Below are positions 51,782 to 62,434 of a stretch of 64,000 nt of DNA, piece by piece (positions within the stretch are counted from its first letter, which is position 1; every line of letters starts with the position of its first letter). Source of the DNA: an uncultured bacterium (GTDB lineage Bacteria; Patescibacteriota; Minisyncoccia; Phycocordibacterales; GWA1-40-21). A model generated the notes under the pieces. That model did no database searches, was not told the DNA's origin, and saw nothing but the letters and a program-made list of their open reading frames with translations. Where the stretch lies: contig CAWJAN010000006.1 in the NCBI GenBank assembly GCA_963840885.1, positions 116,530-180,529 of the forward strand, given 5' to 3'. A program made the translations under genes and the position numbers.

Positions 51782-53608
51782 ATGCTTTCAAGCTATTTTA
51801 AAAGAAATAATAGTCCAGAAATAAACATAAGCCTTAAAAGCAATCACGGCTTTACTCTGATTGAAATTCTGGTAGGCGTTGCGGTTTTTTCGGCGATTGT
51901 CATATCTGTTTACGGGGCTTTCGCTCTTATAGAAAAGACCGTTATTATTTCTAAAACCAGAATCGCAATGACAGATATAGGAAGGGAACAGCTTGAAATA
52001 ATAAGGAACCTTTCATATTCTAATGTAGGCATTATCGGCGGATTGCCGGCCGGTAAAATTATCCGAGATAAGACCGTGACGAGAAGCGGAATTAATTTTG
52101 ACGTCCTGACAACAGTGAGGGGAGTCACAGATCCGTCCTCAACGCATCTATATTCTGATTACAAGCTTGTTGAGCTCGATATTTCCTGTGAAAATGGCTG
52201 TTCAGTGCCGACAGAAAGTTTTTCCACCATCGTTTCGGCTAATGGGCTGATAGTTTCAACCACTACCGGAGCAATAGTCGTAAGAGCACTTGATTCCGGC
52301 GGAAATCCGGTAGAAGGAGCAAATATAACAGTCAATAACAATTCGAGCACATCGCCAATTTTGGTCAATGATACGACAGATAAATATGGAAACCTTGAAA
52401 TCATAGATGTTCCGCCGGGAGTGAATAATTATTCAGTATCAATACAAAAAGACAGCTATTCTTCCGATAGAACCTATCCTCCCGGAGGATCAGGGAATCC
52501 AAATCCGATAAATCCCGATGCTACGGTTGTTGCTGGCAATACCACCCAGCTGTCTTTCCTGATAGATAAAGTAAGTTCCATAAATTTTTCAACTCTTACC
52601 GATACCTGCTCTCCTGTACCGGATATAGGATTTTCTCTGTCGGGCACAAAACTCATCGGAACATCGCCTGATGTACTCAAATACAGCCAAAATTTTTCAA
52701 GCGGTGGTTCCGGGATTAAGAATGTAAACAATCTTGAATGGGACGTTTATAATACTTCCGTATCTGATCCGAATTATGTTCTTGCCGGTACAATTCCGCT
52801 CTTGCCGCTCAATCTTTTACCTGATACTTCCCAGAATTTTGATTTTATCCTTGAACCAAAGAATCCAAAGCAGCTTCTTATTACCGTAGATGATTCTCAA
52901 AACGGCTTGCCGATTACCGGCGCCGATGTTGAGATCACCGATTCCCACGGGACTTCCACGACGCTTACCACAGGAAGAGGTTTTCTTGGGCAAAACGACT
53001 GGACGGGAGGAGACGGTCAGGAGCAATTTATTGATCCGACAAAATATTCCACTTCTACAAACATAGACAATTCTGATTCTTTGATAGGAATAAAGCTTTC
53101 AACTACGACAGTCTCAACTTCCACAACCGGATACTATGCGACAGGCACTCTTATTTCTTCCACATACGATACCGGAGCTCCTAGCAATTTTTACGAGATA
53201 ACATGGCTTCCCCAGAGCGAACCGCCGGAAACAGGATCATCCTCTGTGGAATTCCAAATAGCCTCGAACAATGACGATTCCACTTGGAATTTTTCCGGCC
53301 CGGACGGAACAGAAAGCACTTTTTACACGCTTTCGGACGGAAATATAAATTCTATAAATAACGGAAACAGGTATTTCAGATATAAAGTATTTTTAAGCAC
53401 GGATGACGACCAGTTTTCTCCGGTCCTTTCGAGCCTTTCTCTGACTTTTTCTTCTTCTTGCGTGCCGCCCGGACAAGTCCTTTTCAGCAATCTGAATTCA
53501 GGCTCTTATGATCTTTCCGTTTCCAAATCCGGATATCAGGATTATAGCGGAACGGTCAGCGTATCGTCTGACTGGCAGCAAAGCCAGATCCCATTATCAT
53601 CAGAATGA
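51782..53608 (+). CDS. Large pilin-like protein with carboxypeptidase-regulatory-like domains
   Basis: Prepilin motif G|FTLIEILV; repeated GNPVEGANITV / GLPITGADVEI beta-sandwich motifs. Confidence 0.8.
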   Translation: MLSSYFKRNNSPEINISLKSNHGFTLIEILVGVAVFSAIVISVYGAFALIEKTVIISKTRIAMTDIGREQLEIIRNLSYSNVGIIGGLPAGKIIRDKTVTRSGINFDVLTTVRGVTDPSSTHLYSDYKLVELDISCENGCSVPTESFSTIVSANGLIVSTTTGAIVVRALDSGGNPVEGANITVNNNSSTSPILVNDTTDKYGNLEIIDVPPGVNNYSVSIQKDSYSSDRTYPPGGSGNPNPINPDATVVAGNTTQLSFLIDKVSSINFSTLTDTCSPVPDIGFSLSGTKLIGTSPDVLKYSQNFSSGGSGIKNVNNLEWDVYNTSVSDPNYVLAGTIPLLPLNLLPDTSQNFDFILEPKNPKQLLITVDDSQNGLPITGADVEITDSHGTSTTLTTGRGFLGQNDWTGGDGQEQFIDPTKYSTSTNIDNSDSLIGIKLSTTTVSTSTTGYYATGTLISSTYDTGAPSNFYEITWLPQSEPPETGSSSVEFQIASNNDDSTWNFSGPDGTESTFYTLSDGNINSINNGNRYFRYKVFLSTDDDQFSPVLSSLSLTFSSSCVPPGQVLFSNLNSGSYDLSVSKSGYQDYSGTVSVSSDWQQSQIPLSSE

Positions 53609-54231
53609 TTAATTTAAAGCCAAAAAATAATAAGAGCAGAGAAGGATTTACCCTCATCGAAACGCTAGTCGCTCTCGGCATATTCCTGTTTGTCATGATT
53701 GAGCTTGGAAATTTCGCCAGAAGCATTTTCAACTACAATTCGATTATCCAAAACAGTTCTGTCGCTGAAGATGAGGCAAAACAGACTTTGGAGAAAATGG
53801 CTTCAGAAATGCGCTCAATGTATTCTTCCGATACAGGCTCATATGCCATAGGAGATGCGGGCACTTCCACGATAACTTTTTACAGCGATATTAATAATGA
53901 CGGCAAAAGAGAAAGAATAAGATATTTCCTTTCTGGCACTACATTGGAAAAAGGGATAACGGTTTCTACGGGCAGTCCTCTCTCATATGATTCAGCGAAT
54001 GAGACTTTTTCCGAAGCCATACACAATGTCAATAATTCACAAAGCCCAATATTCGAATATTTCGATGGAAATTACGACGGTTCGGAACCGCCTCTTTCAC
54101 AGCCGGTTAATATTTCTTCCGTAAGGCATATTAAGATTACGCTTAACATTGTAATGAATAATTTCGGGGCAACTTCCTCAATTTCCTTTTCCACAGACGT
54201 AACTCCGAGAAATTTAAAAGATAATCTATGA
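53605..54231 (+). CDS. Minor type IV pilin (PilW/GspJ-like)
   Basis: G|FTLIETLVALGIF. Confidence 0.8.
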   Translation: MINLKPKNNKSREGFTLIETLVALGIFLFVMIELGNFARSIFNYNSIIQNSSVAEDEAKQTLEKMASEMRSMYSSDTGSYAIGDAGTSTITFYSDINNDGKRERIRYFLSGTTLEKGITVSTGSPLSYDSANETFSEAIHNVNNSQSPIFEYFDGNYDGSEPPLSQPVNISSVRHIKITLNIVMNNFGATSSISFSTDVTPRNLKDNL

Positions 54232-55646
54232 TTTTCACAGAGAAAAAAACAAAAGGAGATATTCTGATAATGGCCTTGGTTTTTGGTGCCATCGCTCTCG
54301 TTATAATTCCGGCCCTAGTCAGGCTGAGCATAGTAAATTTAGAGACCACCACGTCTTATGTAGACAAACAAAAAGCCCTGCAGATAGCTGAAGCGGGAAT
54401 AGATTATTACAAGTGGCATCTGGCCTATGCTCCTACCGATTATAAGGACGGCTCAACTTCAACCGGGCCTTATATACATGATTTTTACGATAAAAATGGA
54501 GATGCGATCGGACAATATATACTCACCATAACTCCTCCTCCTACGGGTTCGACTTTGGTCACTGTGGATTCCGTCGGAAAAGTAAATGACAATCCAGGCG
54601 TCTCGAAGGAAATATCAGCGCAATTGGCCATACCATCTCTTGCGCAATACGCGATAGTTGCCAATGACGATATGAGATTCGGAACAGGAACCGTTGTCGT
54701 TGGGCCTATACGTTCAAACGGAGGAATACGTTTTGACGGCACAGCATACAATGTTGTATCAAGCGCAAAAACAACTTATGTCGATCCGGATACCGGACTT
54801 ACGGAATTCGGCGTTTTCACTTCAAGCGACCCTCAGCCACCTGCCCCCGTTCCGAACAATACTTCTGTCTTTGTTGCAGGAAGGCAGTTTCCGGTTGATA
54901 TAGTGGATTTCCCAGGAATTACGTATGATTTGGCACAGATAAAATCTGATTCCGATAACGGAGGAATACATCTTGGCCCTTCCGGAAAAAGTGGATATCA
55001 TATAGTTTTCAAAACCAACAAGACCTTCGATCTGTACAAGGTAAATACTTTATATACAAACCGCAATTGTCCGAGCCAAAGCCAGACAGGATGGGGAATG
55101 TGGAGTATATCGCCTAATTCCGGATCGGAAACTTTTGTCAAAAATTATCCCATTCCTTCAAACGGATTGATTTTCGTGGAAGATGACGTCTGGGTCGACG
55201 GGCAGATAAACGGCTCTCGCGTTACCATCGGAGCCGGAGTTTTTCCGGACAATCCTAATACCAGAAAAAATATTACCGTAAATAAAGATTTGCTTTATAC
55301 CAAATTTGACGGAAGCGATTCCATAGCGCTTGTCGCGCAAAACAATATCAATGTCGGTCTTTTAAGCAATGATACACTTACAATCGACGGCGCACTCATG
55401 GCCCAAAATGGAAGAGTCGGACGCTTTTATTATTCTTCCGGCTGCGGAGCGGATTATATAAGATCAACTATAAATCTTTATGGAATGATCGGTACAAATG
55501 TCAGGTACGGTTTTGCCTATACCGACAATACGGGATATTTAACAAGGAATTTGAATTATGACGGCAATTTTCTTTATGCGCCTCCGCCGAGCTTTCCTTT
55601 AAGCTCCGATCAGTACAAGGTCGTATCATGGAAAGAGCTTCAATAG
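54228..55646 (+). CDS. PilX/GspK-like minor pilin with a large C-terminal domain
   Basis: KG|DILIMALVF (no Glu5), ALQIAEAGI, C-terminal VVSWKE. Confidence 0.75.
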   Translation: MIFTEKKTKGDILIMALVFGAIALVIIPALVRLSIVNLETTTSYVDKQKALQIAEAGIDYYKWHLAYAPTDYKDGSTSTGPYIHDFYDKNGDAIGQYILTITPPPTGSTLVTVDSVGKVNDNPGVSKEISAQLAIPSLAQYAIVANDDMRFGTGTVVVGPIRSNGGIRFDGTAYNVVSSAKTTYVDPDTGLTEFGVFTSSDPQPPAPVPNNTSVFVAGRQFPVDIVDFPGITYDLAQIKSDSDNGGIHLGPSGKSGYHIVFKTNKTFDLYKVNTLYTNRNCPSQSQTGWGMWSISPNSGSETFVKNYPIPSNGLIFVEDDVWVDGQINGSRVTIGAGVFPDNPNTRKNITVNKDLLYTKFDGSDSIALVAQNNINVGLLSNDTLTIDGALMAQNGRVGRFYYSSGCGADYIRSTINLYGMIGTNVRYGFAYTDNTGYLTRNLNYDGNFLYAPPPSFPLSSDQYKVVSWKELQ

Positions 55647-55679
55647 ACTTTTGCCATTTCTCTTGCTAATATTTTGATT

Positions 55680-56804
55680 ATGGAAAAAGAGGGCAACAGG
55701 ATTGTTGTTAACATAACTCCGGGATCGTTTTTAAAAGGCGTTCTGATAATACTTTTGTTTTGGTTCATGTTCTATATAAGAGACATACTTCTCGTTGTTT
55801 TGACTGCTATAGTTTTAGCTTCCGGAATCGAGCCGCTCATAAATTTTTTCAGGAAAATAGTCATAAAAAGGGTTCCAGCCGTCATAATTTCCTATTTAAG
55901 CATTTTCGCAATACTTGCCGGACTGATTTTTTTCTTTGTTCCGGCGGTACTTAACGAAACGTCATCGTTTCTTGAAGGCCTGCCAAAATATCTTGATTCC
56001 ACTTCTCTTTGGAATCCTACCGGCATAAGCTCGACAGACGTGGCATCTTCGCAAAAAATTGTTGATACGATATCTTCAGGAATAAGCAATCCTACAGGGC
56101 TTGTGCAAAACCAGATCAAAGGAACGAGCTTCGGCATAAGCGACCTATTGAAAGCCGTTGAAGATTTTTCTTCGAATACCGCAGACGGATTCGTAAAAAT
56201 CATGAGCGTTATCTTCGGAGGATTCCTCTCCTTCATACTTATAGTTGTCCTGTCTTTTTATCTTTCTGTCCAGGAAGACGGCGTGACGAAATTCCTGAGC
56301 TTGGTTGTTCCTCTTAAGCACGAAAAATACATAATTGATTTATGGAAAAGATCGCAGAAAAAAATAGGCCAATGGATGCAGGGCCAGCTGCTTTTGGGAA
56401 TCTTAGTCGGAGTCCTTCTTTATCTAGGCCTTATGATCTTGGGAATACCGAATGCGCTGCTTTTTGCGGTAGCATCCGGATTTCTTGAAATCATACCGTT
56501 ATTCGGCCCGATTATCTCTTCAATTCCGGCTATTCTTGCAGCATTTGTCAGCGGTGGCCTTACCGCTGCGCTTCTTGTAGCCGGACTTTACTTGATAGTC
56601 CAGCAATTCGAAAGCCATCTTATTTATCCTCTCGTCGTAAAGAAAATTGTCGGAGTTTCTCCTATAATAGTCATTCTTGCCATAATAGTCGGAGCGCAGC
56701 TGGCCGGCTTTCTCGGGGTGATATTGTCAGTTCCTCTTGTTTCGGCATTTATGGAATTTTTGGATGACGTCGATAAGAAAAAGCATTCATCCGTACAAGC
56801 ATAA
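55680..56804 (+). CDS. AI-2E family transporter
   Basis: Multi-TM; IGQWMQGQ, LEIIPLFGP, QQFESHLIYP, GFLGVILSVP. Confidence 0.88.
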   Translation: MEKEGNRIVVNITPGSFLKGVLIILLFWFMFYIRDILLVVLTAIVLASGIEPLINFFRKIVIKRVPAVIISYLSIFAILAGLIFFFVPAVLNETSSFLEGLPKYLDSTSLWNPTGISSTDVASSQKIVDTISSGISNPTGLVQNQIKGTSFGISDLLKAVEDFSSNTADGFVKIMSVIFGGFLSFILIVVLSFYLSVQEDGVTKFLSLVVPLKHEKYIIDLWKRSQKKIGQWMQGQLLLGILVGVLLYLGLMILGIPNALLFAVASGFLEIIPLFGPIISSIPAILAAFVSGGLTAALLVAGLYLIVQQFESHLIYPLVVKKIVGVSPIIVILAIIVGAQLAGFLGVILSVPLVSAFMEFLDDVDKKKHSSVQA

Positions 56805-58255
56805 TGAATCACGATAAAAAACCGTTTTACATAACAACGACTCTGCCGTATGTGAATTCCGATCCACATATTGGCTTTGCCCTAGAAATTATCCGCGCAG
56901 ATGCGGTAGCCAGGTACAAGAAGCTTCAGGGCTTTGACGTTTTTTTTAATACCGGAACGGACGAGCACGGAGCGAAAATCTTCAAGAAAGCCGAAGAAGA
57001 GGGGATAACGGCGCAGGCATTCGTGGATAATGCCGCAAAAAAATACGAAGACCTCATAAAAATACTCAATATCTTGGAAGATATAAATTTCATACGCACT
57101 ACAGATCCGCATCATGTAAAAGCCGCCCAGGAATTCTGGAAAATCTGCGACAAGAACGGATACATATACAAGAAAAATTACGAGATAAAATATTGCATCG
57201 GCTGCGAGCTGGAAAAGACGGAGTCTGAGCTTGTAGACGGGAAATGCCCGCTTCATCCGAATCTGATAATAGAAATAATCAAAGAGGAGAACTATTTCTT
57301 CAAATGGTCCGCTTTCCAGGAAAAGCTCTTGGATTTTTACGGAAAAAATCCTGATTTCGTGATTCCTGATTTCAGATTCAACGAGATAAAAGCTTTTGTG
57401 AAAAGAGGGCTTTCTGATTTCAGTATTTCGCGTTTGAAGGAAAAAATGTCATGGGGAATAGAAGTTCCGGGCGATCGGGATCAGGTCATGTATGTTTGGT
57501 TTGATGCTCTTGTGAATTATATCTCGACAATCGGCTGGCCGGATGATACGGAAAAATTCCACAAATGGCAGAAGGAAACCGGCGGAATGGTACAGTATTG
57601 CGGAAAAGACAATCTCCGACAGCAGTCGGCCATGTGGCAGGCCATGCTTATGGCGGCAGATCTGCCGAATTCTAAAACCATAGTCATAGATGGATTTATT
57701 ACCGGAGAAGGCGGAATCAAAATGTCAAAATCGCTCGGCAATGTCATCGACCCGCTTGAGCTAGTAAGCGAATATGGCGCCGATGCGCTGCGCTATTTCT
57801 GCTTGCGCGAAGTTTCTTCGTTTGAAGATACTCCCGTAAGCAAAGATCTTTTCAAATCGGCATACAACGCAAGCCTTGCCAACGGACTAGGCAATCTGGT
57901 TTCCCGCGTTCTTACGATGTCCGAAAAGAATCTGGAAAAGCCGGCTGAAACTAAATGGATTGCTCTAGATGAAAAGTTCACCGATGCTTTTGACAGGTAT
58001 GATATCCAGGAAGCCATGAATTTTATATGGAACAAAATAAAATTGCTTGATGAAAAAATACAAAAGACTGAACCGTTTAAGCTGATAAAAACCGATAAAG
58101 AGAAAGCAATTGAAATAATAAAAGAACTTGTAGAAGGAGTTCATGAAATAGCTGTTTATCTTGAGCCTCTTTTGCCGGAAACATCGGAAAAAATCAGAAT
58201 GCTCATCAAAGAAAATAAAAAGCCGGAAACGCCTTTATTCGTAAGGAAAGACTAG
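56804..58255 (+). CDS. metG: Methionine--tRNA ligase, short form
   Basis: YITTTLPYVN..PHIG, GTDEHG, YVWFDAL.NY, KMSKSLGN. Confidence 0.95.
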   Translation: MNHDKKPFYITTTLPYVNSDPHIGFALEIIRADAVARYKKLQGFDVFFNTGTDEHGAKIFKKAEEEGITAQAFVDNAAKKYEDLIKILNILEDINFIRTTDPHHVKAAQEFWKICDKNGYIYKKNYEIKYCIGCELEKTESELVDGKCPLHPNLIIEIIKEENYFFKWSAFQEKLLDFYGKNPDFVIPDFRFNEIKAFVKRGLSDFSISRLKEKMSWGIEVPGDRDQVMYVWFDALVNYISTIGWPDDTEKFHKWQKETGGMVQYCGKDNLRQQSAMWQAMLMAADLPNSKTIVIDGFITGEGGIKMSKSLGNVIDPLELVSEYGADALRYFCLREVSSFEDTPVSKDLFKSAYNASLANGLGNLVSRVLTMSEKNLEKPAETKWIALDEKFTDAFDRYDIQEAMNFIWNKIKLLDEKIQKTEPFKLIKTDKEKAIEIIKELVEGVHEIAVYLEPLLPETSEKIRMLIKENKKPETPLFVRKD

Positions 58256-58258
58256 TTT

Positions 58259-58287
58259 TTGACAAATTATAATTTTAGTGTTAGCAT
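58259..58287 (+). promoter_or_regulatory. Sigma70 promoter of an orphan gene
   Basis: TTGACA-17-TGtTAGCAT; SD AAGGAGGA at 58358-65. Confidence 0.6.
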
Positions 58288-58370
58288 TGTATTGCAGGCA
58301 AAGAGGTTTGTTTGCTTGTTCTTTCAAGAAAAATCCTGTCTTTGGGCGGGAAAATACAAGGAGGATTGTC

Positions 58371-59030
58371 ATGGCTACAAAAGTCACCGGCGATCTGTAT
58401 GAGAAACTTGACGCAAAGCTTTTTGAGATCAAGCGGCAGATCCGCCAGCCTGGTGGATACCCGTATGATCCGGAGAAGCTTAATAAGTGGTTGCAAGAAG
58501 CGATCGAAGGTCAGTTCCCAGGTTCATTTCATGGGGAAGTGTCCGATGATGGCGAAGTGATTTGTTTTTCTGTCTTTTCAAACGGCAATAGCGGCAAGGA
58601 CTGGATCAACTATTTTGAATCCAAAGGAATTCGCATTAATGATGATGCCCGCGAGCTTCTTTTGTCCAAGCACTTCACATTCACACGTAATCTTCCGTAC
58701 GAGATCGTGATTATTAAAGGAGGATTTTTCTCCGATGACGATCGTGTCACGCAGAAGATTCGCGAAGAAGCGGATCGGCGGGGTTTCAAAACTCCTCCGG
58801 CTGAAGTCGCCTGCTTCATTCGAGATAGGTTCTCAGATACAGAGATCAAAGAAATGGGTCTGCGATGGATTGTTGCTAGGCACAAGCCAATCAAAGATTC
58901 TGGCGGTTACCCACACTTGCTCTGTGCAGGCACGGATGATCCACGCTTTGGGATGGACACGGAATTCGCTGAGCCGGGCGGCGGGTGGCTTTCCAGCCAT
59001 GGCTTCGCGTTTATCAATTTCTTCGAGTAA
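58371..59030 (+). CDS. Orphan protein resembling CPR DGR-target (C-type-lectin-fold-like) proteins
   Basis: ATG after AAGGAGGA; C-terminus DSGGYPHLL...PGGGWLSSHGFAF; atypical codon usage. Confidence 0.55.
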   Translation: MATKVTGDLYEKLDAKLFEIKRQIRQPGGYPYDPEKLNKWLQEAIEGQFPGSFHGEVSDDGEVICFSVFSNGNSGKDWINYFESKGIRINDDARELLLSKHFTFTRNLPYEIVIIKGGFFSDDDRVTQKIREEADRRGFKTPPAEVACFIRDRFSDTEIKEMGLRWIVARHKPIKDSGGYPHLLCAGTDDPRFGMDTEFAEPGGGWLSSHGFAFINFFE

Positions 59031-59043
59031 GTTTTTAGTTTTT

Positions 59044-59076
59044 GGCGCGGTTTTCCAAAACCGCGCCTTTTATTTT
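59044..59076 (+). terminator. Hairpin/terminator
   Basis: ggcgcggtttt-cc-aaaaccgcgcc followed by ttttatttt. Confidence 0.75.
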
Positions 59077-59108
59077 ACATTTTATCTACTTCCAGCTACT
59101 CTATATAT

Positions 59109-59885
59109 ATGGAACTCAAATATATCGATATCCATTCCCATATAAGCTTTGCCGATTACGGCAAAGACCAAGCAGAAGTCCTAAAAAGGATGAGGGAGCA
59201 GGAAGTCGGAACGATTACCGTAGGCACTGATTTGGAAAGCTCCAAAGAAGCTGTGAAAATAGCGGAAGAGAATGAAAATATCTGGGCTTCTATCGGACTT
59301 CATCCGAAAGATAATCCCAAAGAGACTTTTGAGGAAAAAGATTTTGCCGAACTCGTAAAAAGCCCGAAAGCCGTCTCGATTGGGGAGTGCGGACTCGATT
59401 ATTTCAGAATGTCCGGCGATATCGAATCGGAAAAAGAACGTCAGAAAAAAGAATTCATAAAGCAGATAGAATTTGCAATCAAGCATGATAAGCCACTCAT
59501 GCTTCATATAAGAGACGCGCATGATGACGCTTATGAAATATTGAAAAAATACGAGGGAAAAGCCAGAGGAAATATACACTTTTTTACCGCGAGCTCGGAA
59601 ATAGCCGAAAAGTTCATCGGGCTCGGCTTTACTGTTTCATTCCCCGGCGTCATCACTTTTGCAAAGGAAACAGAGGAAGCAGTGAAAAATATTCCTCTTG
59701 ATAAGATACATGCCGAGACAGATTCGCCGTTTGCTGCACCCGTTCCTTACAGAGGAAAAAAGAATGAGCCAGATTACGTTGTAGAAGTAGTAAAAAAGAT
59801 TGCCGAGCTGCGAGAAGAAGATTTTGAGACAGTAAGGCATCAGCTTCTCGAAAACGCCAAAATGGTGTTTAATATTAACTTATGA
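59109..59885 (+). CDS. tatD: TatD family DNase
   Basis: IDIHSH, GLHP, IGECGLDY, LHIRDA, ETDSPF.AP.P.RG..NEP. Confidence 0.93.
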   Translation: MELKYIDIHSHISFADYGKDQAEVLKRMREQEVGTITVGTDLESSKEAVKIAEENENIWASIGLHPKDNPKETFEEKDFAELVKSPKAVSIGECGLDYFRMSGDIESEKERQKKEFIKQIEFAIKHDKPLMLHIRDAHDDAYEILKKYEGKARGNIHFFTASSEIAEKFIGLGFTVSFPGVITFAKETEEAVKNIPLDKIHAETDSPFAAPVPYRGKKNEPDYVVEVVKKIAELREEDFETVRHQLLENAKMVFNINL

Positions 59886-60751
59886 TAGAAAACAAAACAC
59901 TTATCACAAAGCCGAGTGCAGATTACGAGCTTATAGACAGCGGAAACGAGGAAAAGCTCGAACGCTGGGGAAAATATATTTTGCGAAGGCCGGATCCTCA
60001 GGCGCTTTGGAATAAAACTAAATCCGAAACGGAATGGAAAGCGGCCGATGCAGTTTTTGACGGAGACAGAAAAATCTGGAAAAAGAAAAATGAAAGCATG
60101 AAAAACGAATGGCAAATTGCTTTCGGGAATTTGAAATTCAATATCAAGCCGACAGCTTTCAAGCATACCGGAGTTTTTCCTGAACAGGAGCCGAATTGGA
60201 ATTGGACTATAGAAAGAATAAAAAATTCTGGCAGACCCGTAAAAATTTTAAACTTGTTTGGATATACTGGCGGAGCGACTTTGGCTGCGCTTTCCGCTGG
60301 AGCGGACGTCACCCACGTGGACGGCTCAAAGGCAGCTGTGAACTGGGCGAAAGAAAATGCGGAACTTTCGGGTTTTGATAAAAAGCCAGTCCGCTGGATT
60401 ATTGATGATGCCAGGAAATTCGTCATGCGCGAAATCAAACGCGGAGGGAAATACGACGGAATCATCATGGATCCGCCGTCATTCGGCCGTGGAGGAAAAG
60501 GCGAAATATGGAAGATTGAGAAAGATCTGCCGAAACTCCTTGAAGATTGCGGAAAAATCCTTTCGGAAAATCCTTTGTTTTTTATAGTAAATGGCTATGC
60601 TTCGGGATATTCTTCGATTGCTTATTATAATGCGCTTCAGCCAGTCATGAAAAAATATGGCGGCAGTTTTGAATATGGAGAACTGGCGATTGAAGAATCA
60701 AAAGGAGGCAGATTATTGCCCGCCGGTATATTCGTCCGTTGGAATAGGTAA
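59882..60751 (+). CDS. Class I SAM-dependent (RlmI/RlmK-like) methyltransferase
   Basis: YELIDSG..EKLERWG, HTGVFPEQ, LNLFGYTGG, IIMDPPSFG. Confidence 0.85.
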   Translation: MIENKTLITKPSADYELIDSGNEEKLERWGKYILRRPDPQALWNKTKSETEWKAADAVFDGDRKIWKKKNESMKNEWQIAFGNLKFNIKPTAFKHTGVFPEQEPNWNWTIERIKNSGRPVKILNLFGYTGGATLAALSAGADVTHVDGSKAAVNWAKENAELSGFDKKPVRWIIDDARKFVMREIKRGGKYDGIIMDPPSFGRGGKGEIWKIEKDLPKLLEDCGKILSENPLFFIVNGYASGYSSIAYYNALQPVMKKYGGSFEYGELAIEESKGGRLLPAGIFVRWNR

Positions 60752-60759
60752 TTTTAATC

Positions 60760-61602
60760 ATGAAAATCTTAGATGGGATAAAAGTCCGCGATTTTATCGC
60801 GGACATGATAAGAAAAAAGCTGGAAAAACTCGGAGCAAAGCCGAAGCTGGTCATTATCCAAGTCGGAAACGACGAGCGGTCATCGGTATACACGAGACAA
60901 AAGAAGCTGTTCGGCGAAAAGCTGGGATTTTCAGTCGAATATATAAATCTGGATGAAAAAATAACGGAAGTATCGCTAATTTTGGAAATAGAAAGTTTAA
61001 ATAATGATAAAAATGTAAACGGCATCATAGTCCAGCTTCCGCTGCCGGAAAAATTCAATGAGCTAAAAATAATAGAATCTATTTTGCCGGAAAAAGATGC
61101 GGATGGCCTCACCTCGAAAAATCTTCGCATGCTTTTGGGTGGCGAAAATGGAGGGATAATGCCCGCTACTACAAAAGGAATACTGACGCTTTTGGATTTT
61201 TATAAAATTCCGGTTGAAGGAAAGAAAGTCGCAATTGTCGGAAGATCGTTTTTGGTCGGAAGGCCTACAGCCCTCGCATTTCTAAATAGAAATGCCACGG
61301 TAACAATTTGCCACAGCAAGACCAGGAATATAAAAAAGGAAATATTATCCGCAGATATCGTCATATCTGCCGTAGGCCTGCCGAATTTCATCAAAAAAGG
61401 ATTTGTCAGGAAGGGACAGGTGATAATAGATGTCGGCATAACCAAATTAGGGGAGTCGGTATTGGGTGATGTCGATTTTAAGGCCGTATCAAAGGTTGTT
61501 TCGGCTATAACGCCCGTTCCAGGCGGAGCCGGCCCGATGACGGTTGTTTCTCTTTTTGAAAACGTTCTGGTATCATATATGGTACAAAACGGTCTAAAAT
61601 AA
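60760..61602 (+). CDS. folD: Bifunctional methylenetetrahydrofolate dehydrogenase/cyclohydrolase
   Basis: GIIVQLPLP, KDADG, GRSFLVGRP, ATVTICHS, TPVPGGAGPMTV. Confidence 0.95.
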   Translation: MKILDGIKVRDFIADMIRKKLEKLGAKPKLVIIQVGNDERSSVYTRQKKLFGEKLGFSVEYINLDEKITEVSLILEIESLNNDKNVNGIIVQLPLPEKFNELKIIESILPEKDADGLTSKNLRMLLGGENGGIMPATTKGILTLLDFYKIPVEGKKVAIVGRSFLVGRPTALAFLNRNATVTICHSKTRNIKKEILSADIVISAVGLPNFIKKGFVRKGQVIIDVGITKLGESVLGDVDFKAVSKVVSAITPVPGGAGPMTVVSLFENVLVSYMVQNGLK

Positions 61603-61625
61603 TTATCAATAAATTAATTTACATT

Positions 61626-62413
61626 ATGGAAAACATGCAAGAGAAAGATTATATGGGTATGAAGCAGCACGGGGTTTTTAAGAAAATAATATTTTTTGTT
61701 TTGTCGCTTTTTGTTTTCGTAGGAGCAATCAAGGCATTTGATAACGGCGGTTCGAACGCCGGCGCGCAGAATACAATCGTAATTTCCGGAAAAGGAGAGA
61801 TTTCCGTAAAGCCTGACATAGCCACGGTTGATTTTTCCGTAATGGAGGAAAACCTGGATGTTTCAAAAGCATCTGATGCGGTAAATACGAAAATAGCTAA
61901 AATCATCGATACCTTGAAGAATGACGGAGTCGATGAAAGCGATATAAAGACGACCGATTACAGCATTTCGCCGAGATATAATTATGCGAATCCAAGCTCA
62001 TTGTATCCAAACGGAAGACAGGTTCTTGCCGGATATGACGTAACACAGAGCATCGAGGTCAAGATAAGGGATTTGTCCAAGACCGGAAGCGTCGTAACGG
62101 ACCTCAGCGTTCTCGGAGTCACAAATATGAGCGGGCTTAATTTCACCGAAGACAAATATGACGATTTGGTAAGGCAAGCCAGAGATGCGGCAATTGCTGA
62201 TGCGCGCGACCAGGCTTCCAAGCTTGCAAAGTCTTTGGGTGTAAATCTCGATAAGATAGTAGGATATTCAGAAAATGGAAATTATCCAGTCTATTACAAT
62301 ACGGCTGTTCCGGAGGGATGGCTATGGCCATGCCAAGCGCGGCGCCCGCAGTATTGCCAACGGGAGAGAACAAAATTACCTCAAATGTAAGCATTACTTA
62401 CGAAATAAGGTAA
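61626..62413 (+). CDS. SIMPL (DUF541) domain protein with a frameshift near 62312 (probable sequencing error)
   Basis: ISGKGEISVKPD.A, IKTTDYSISP.Y, ARDAAIADA; the alternate frame supplies the expected end PTGENKITSNVSITYEIR*. Confidence 0.8.
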
Positions 62414-62434
62414 AACTTTATTTTCGTTATTATA

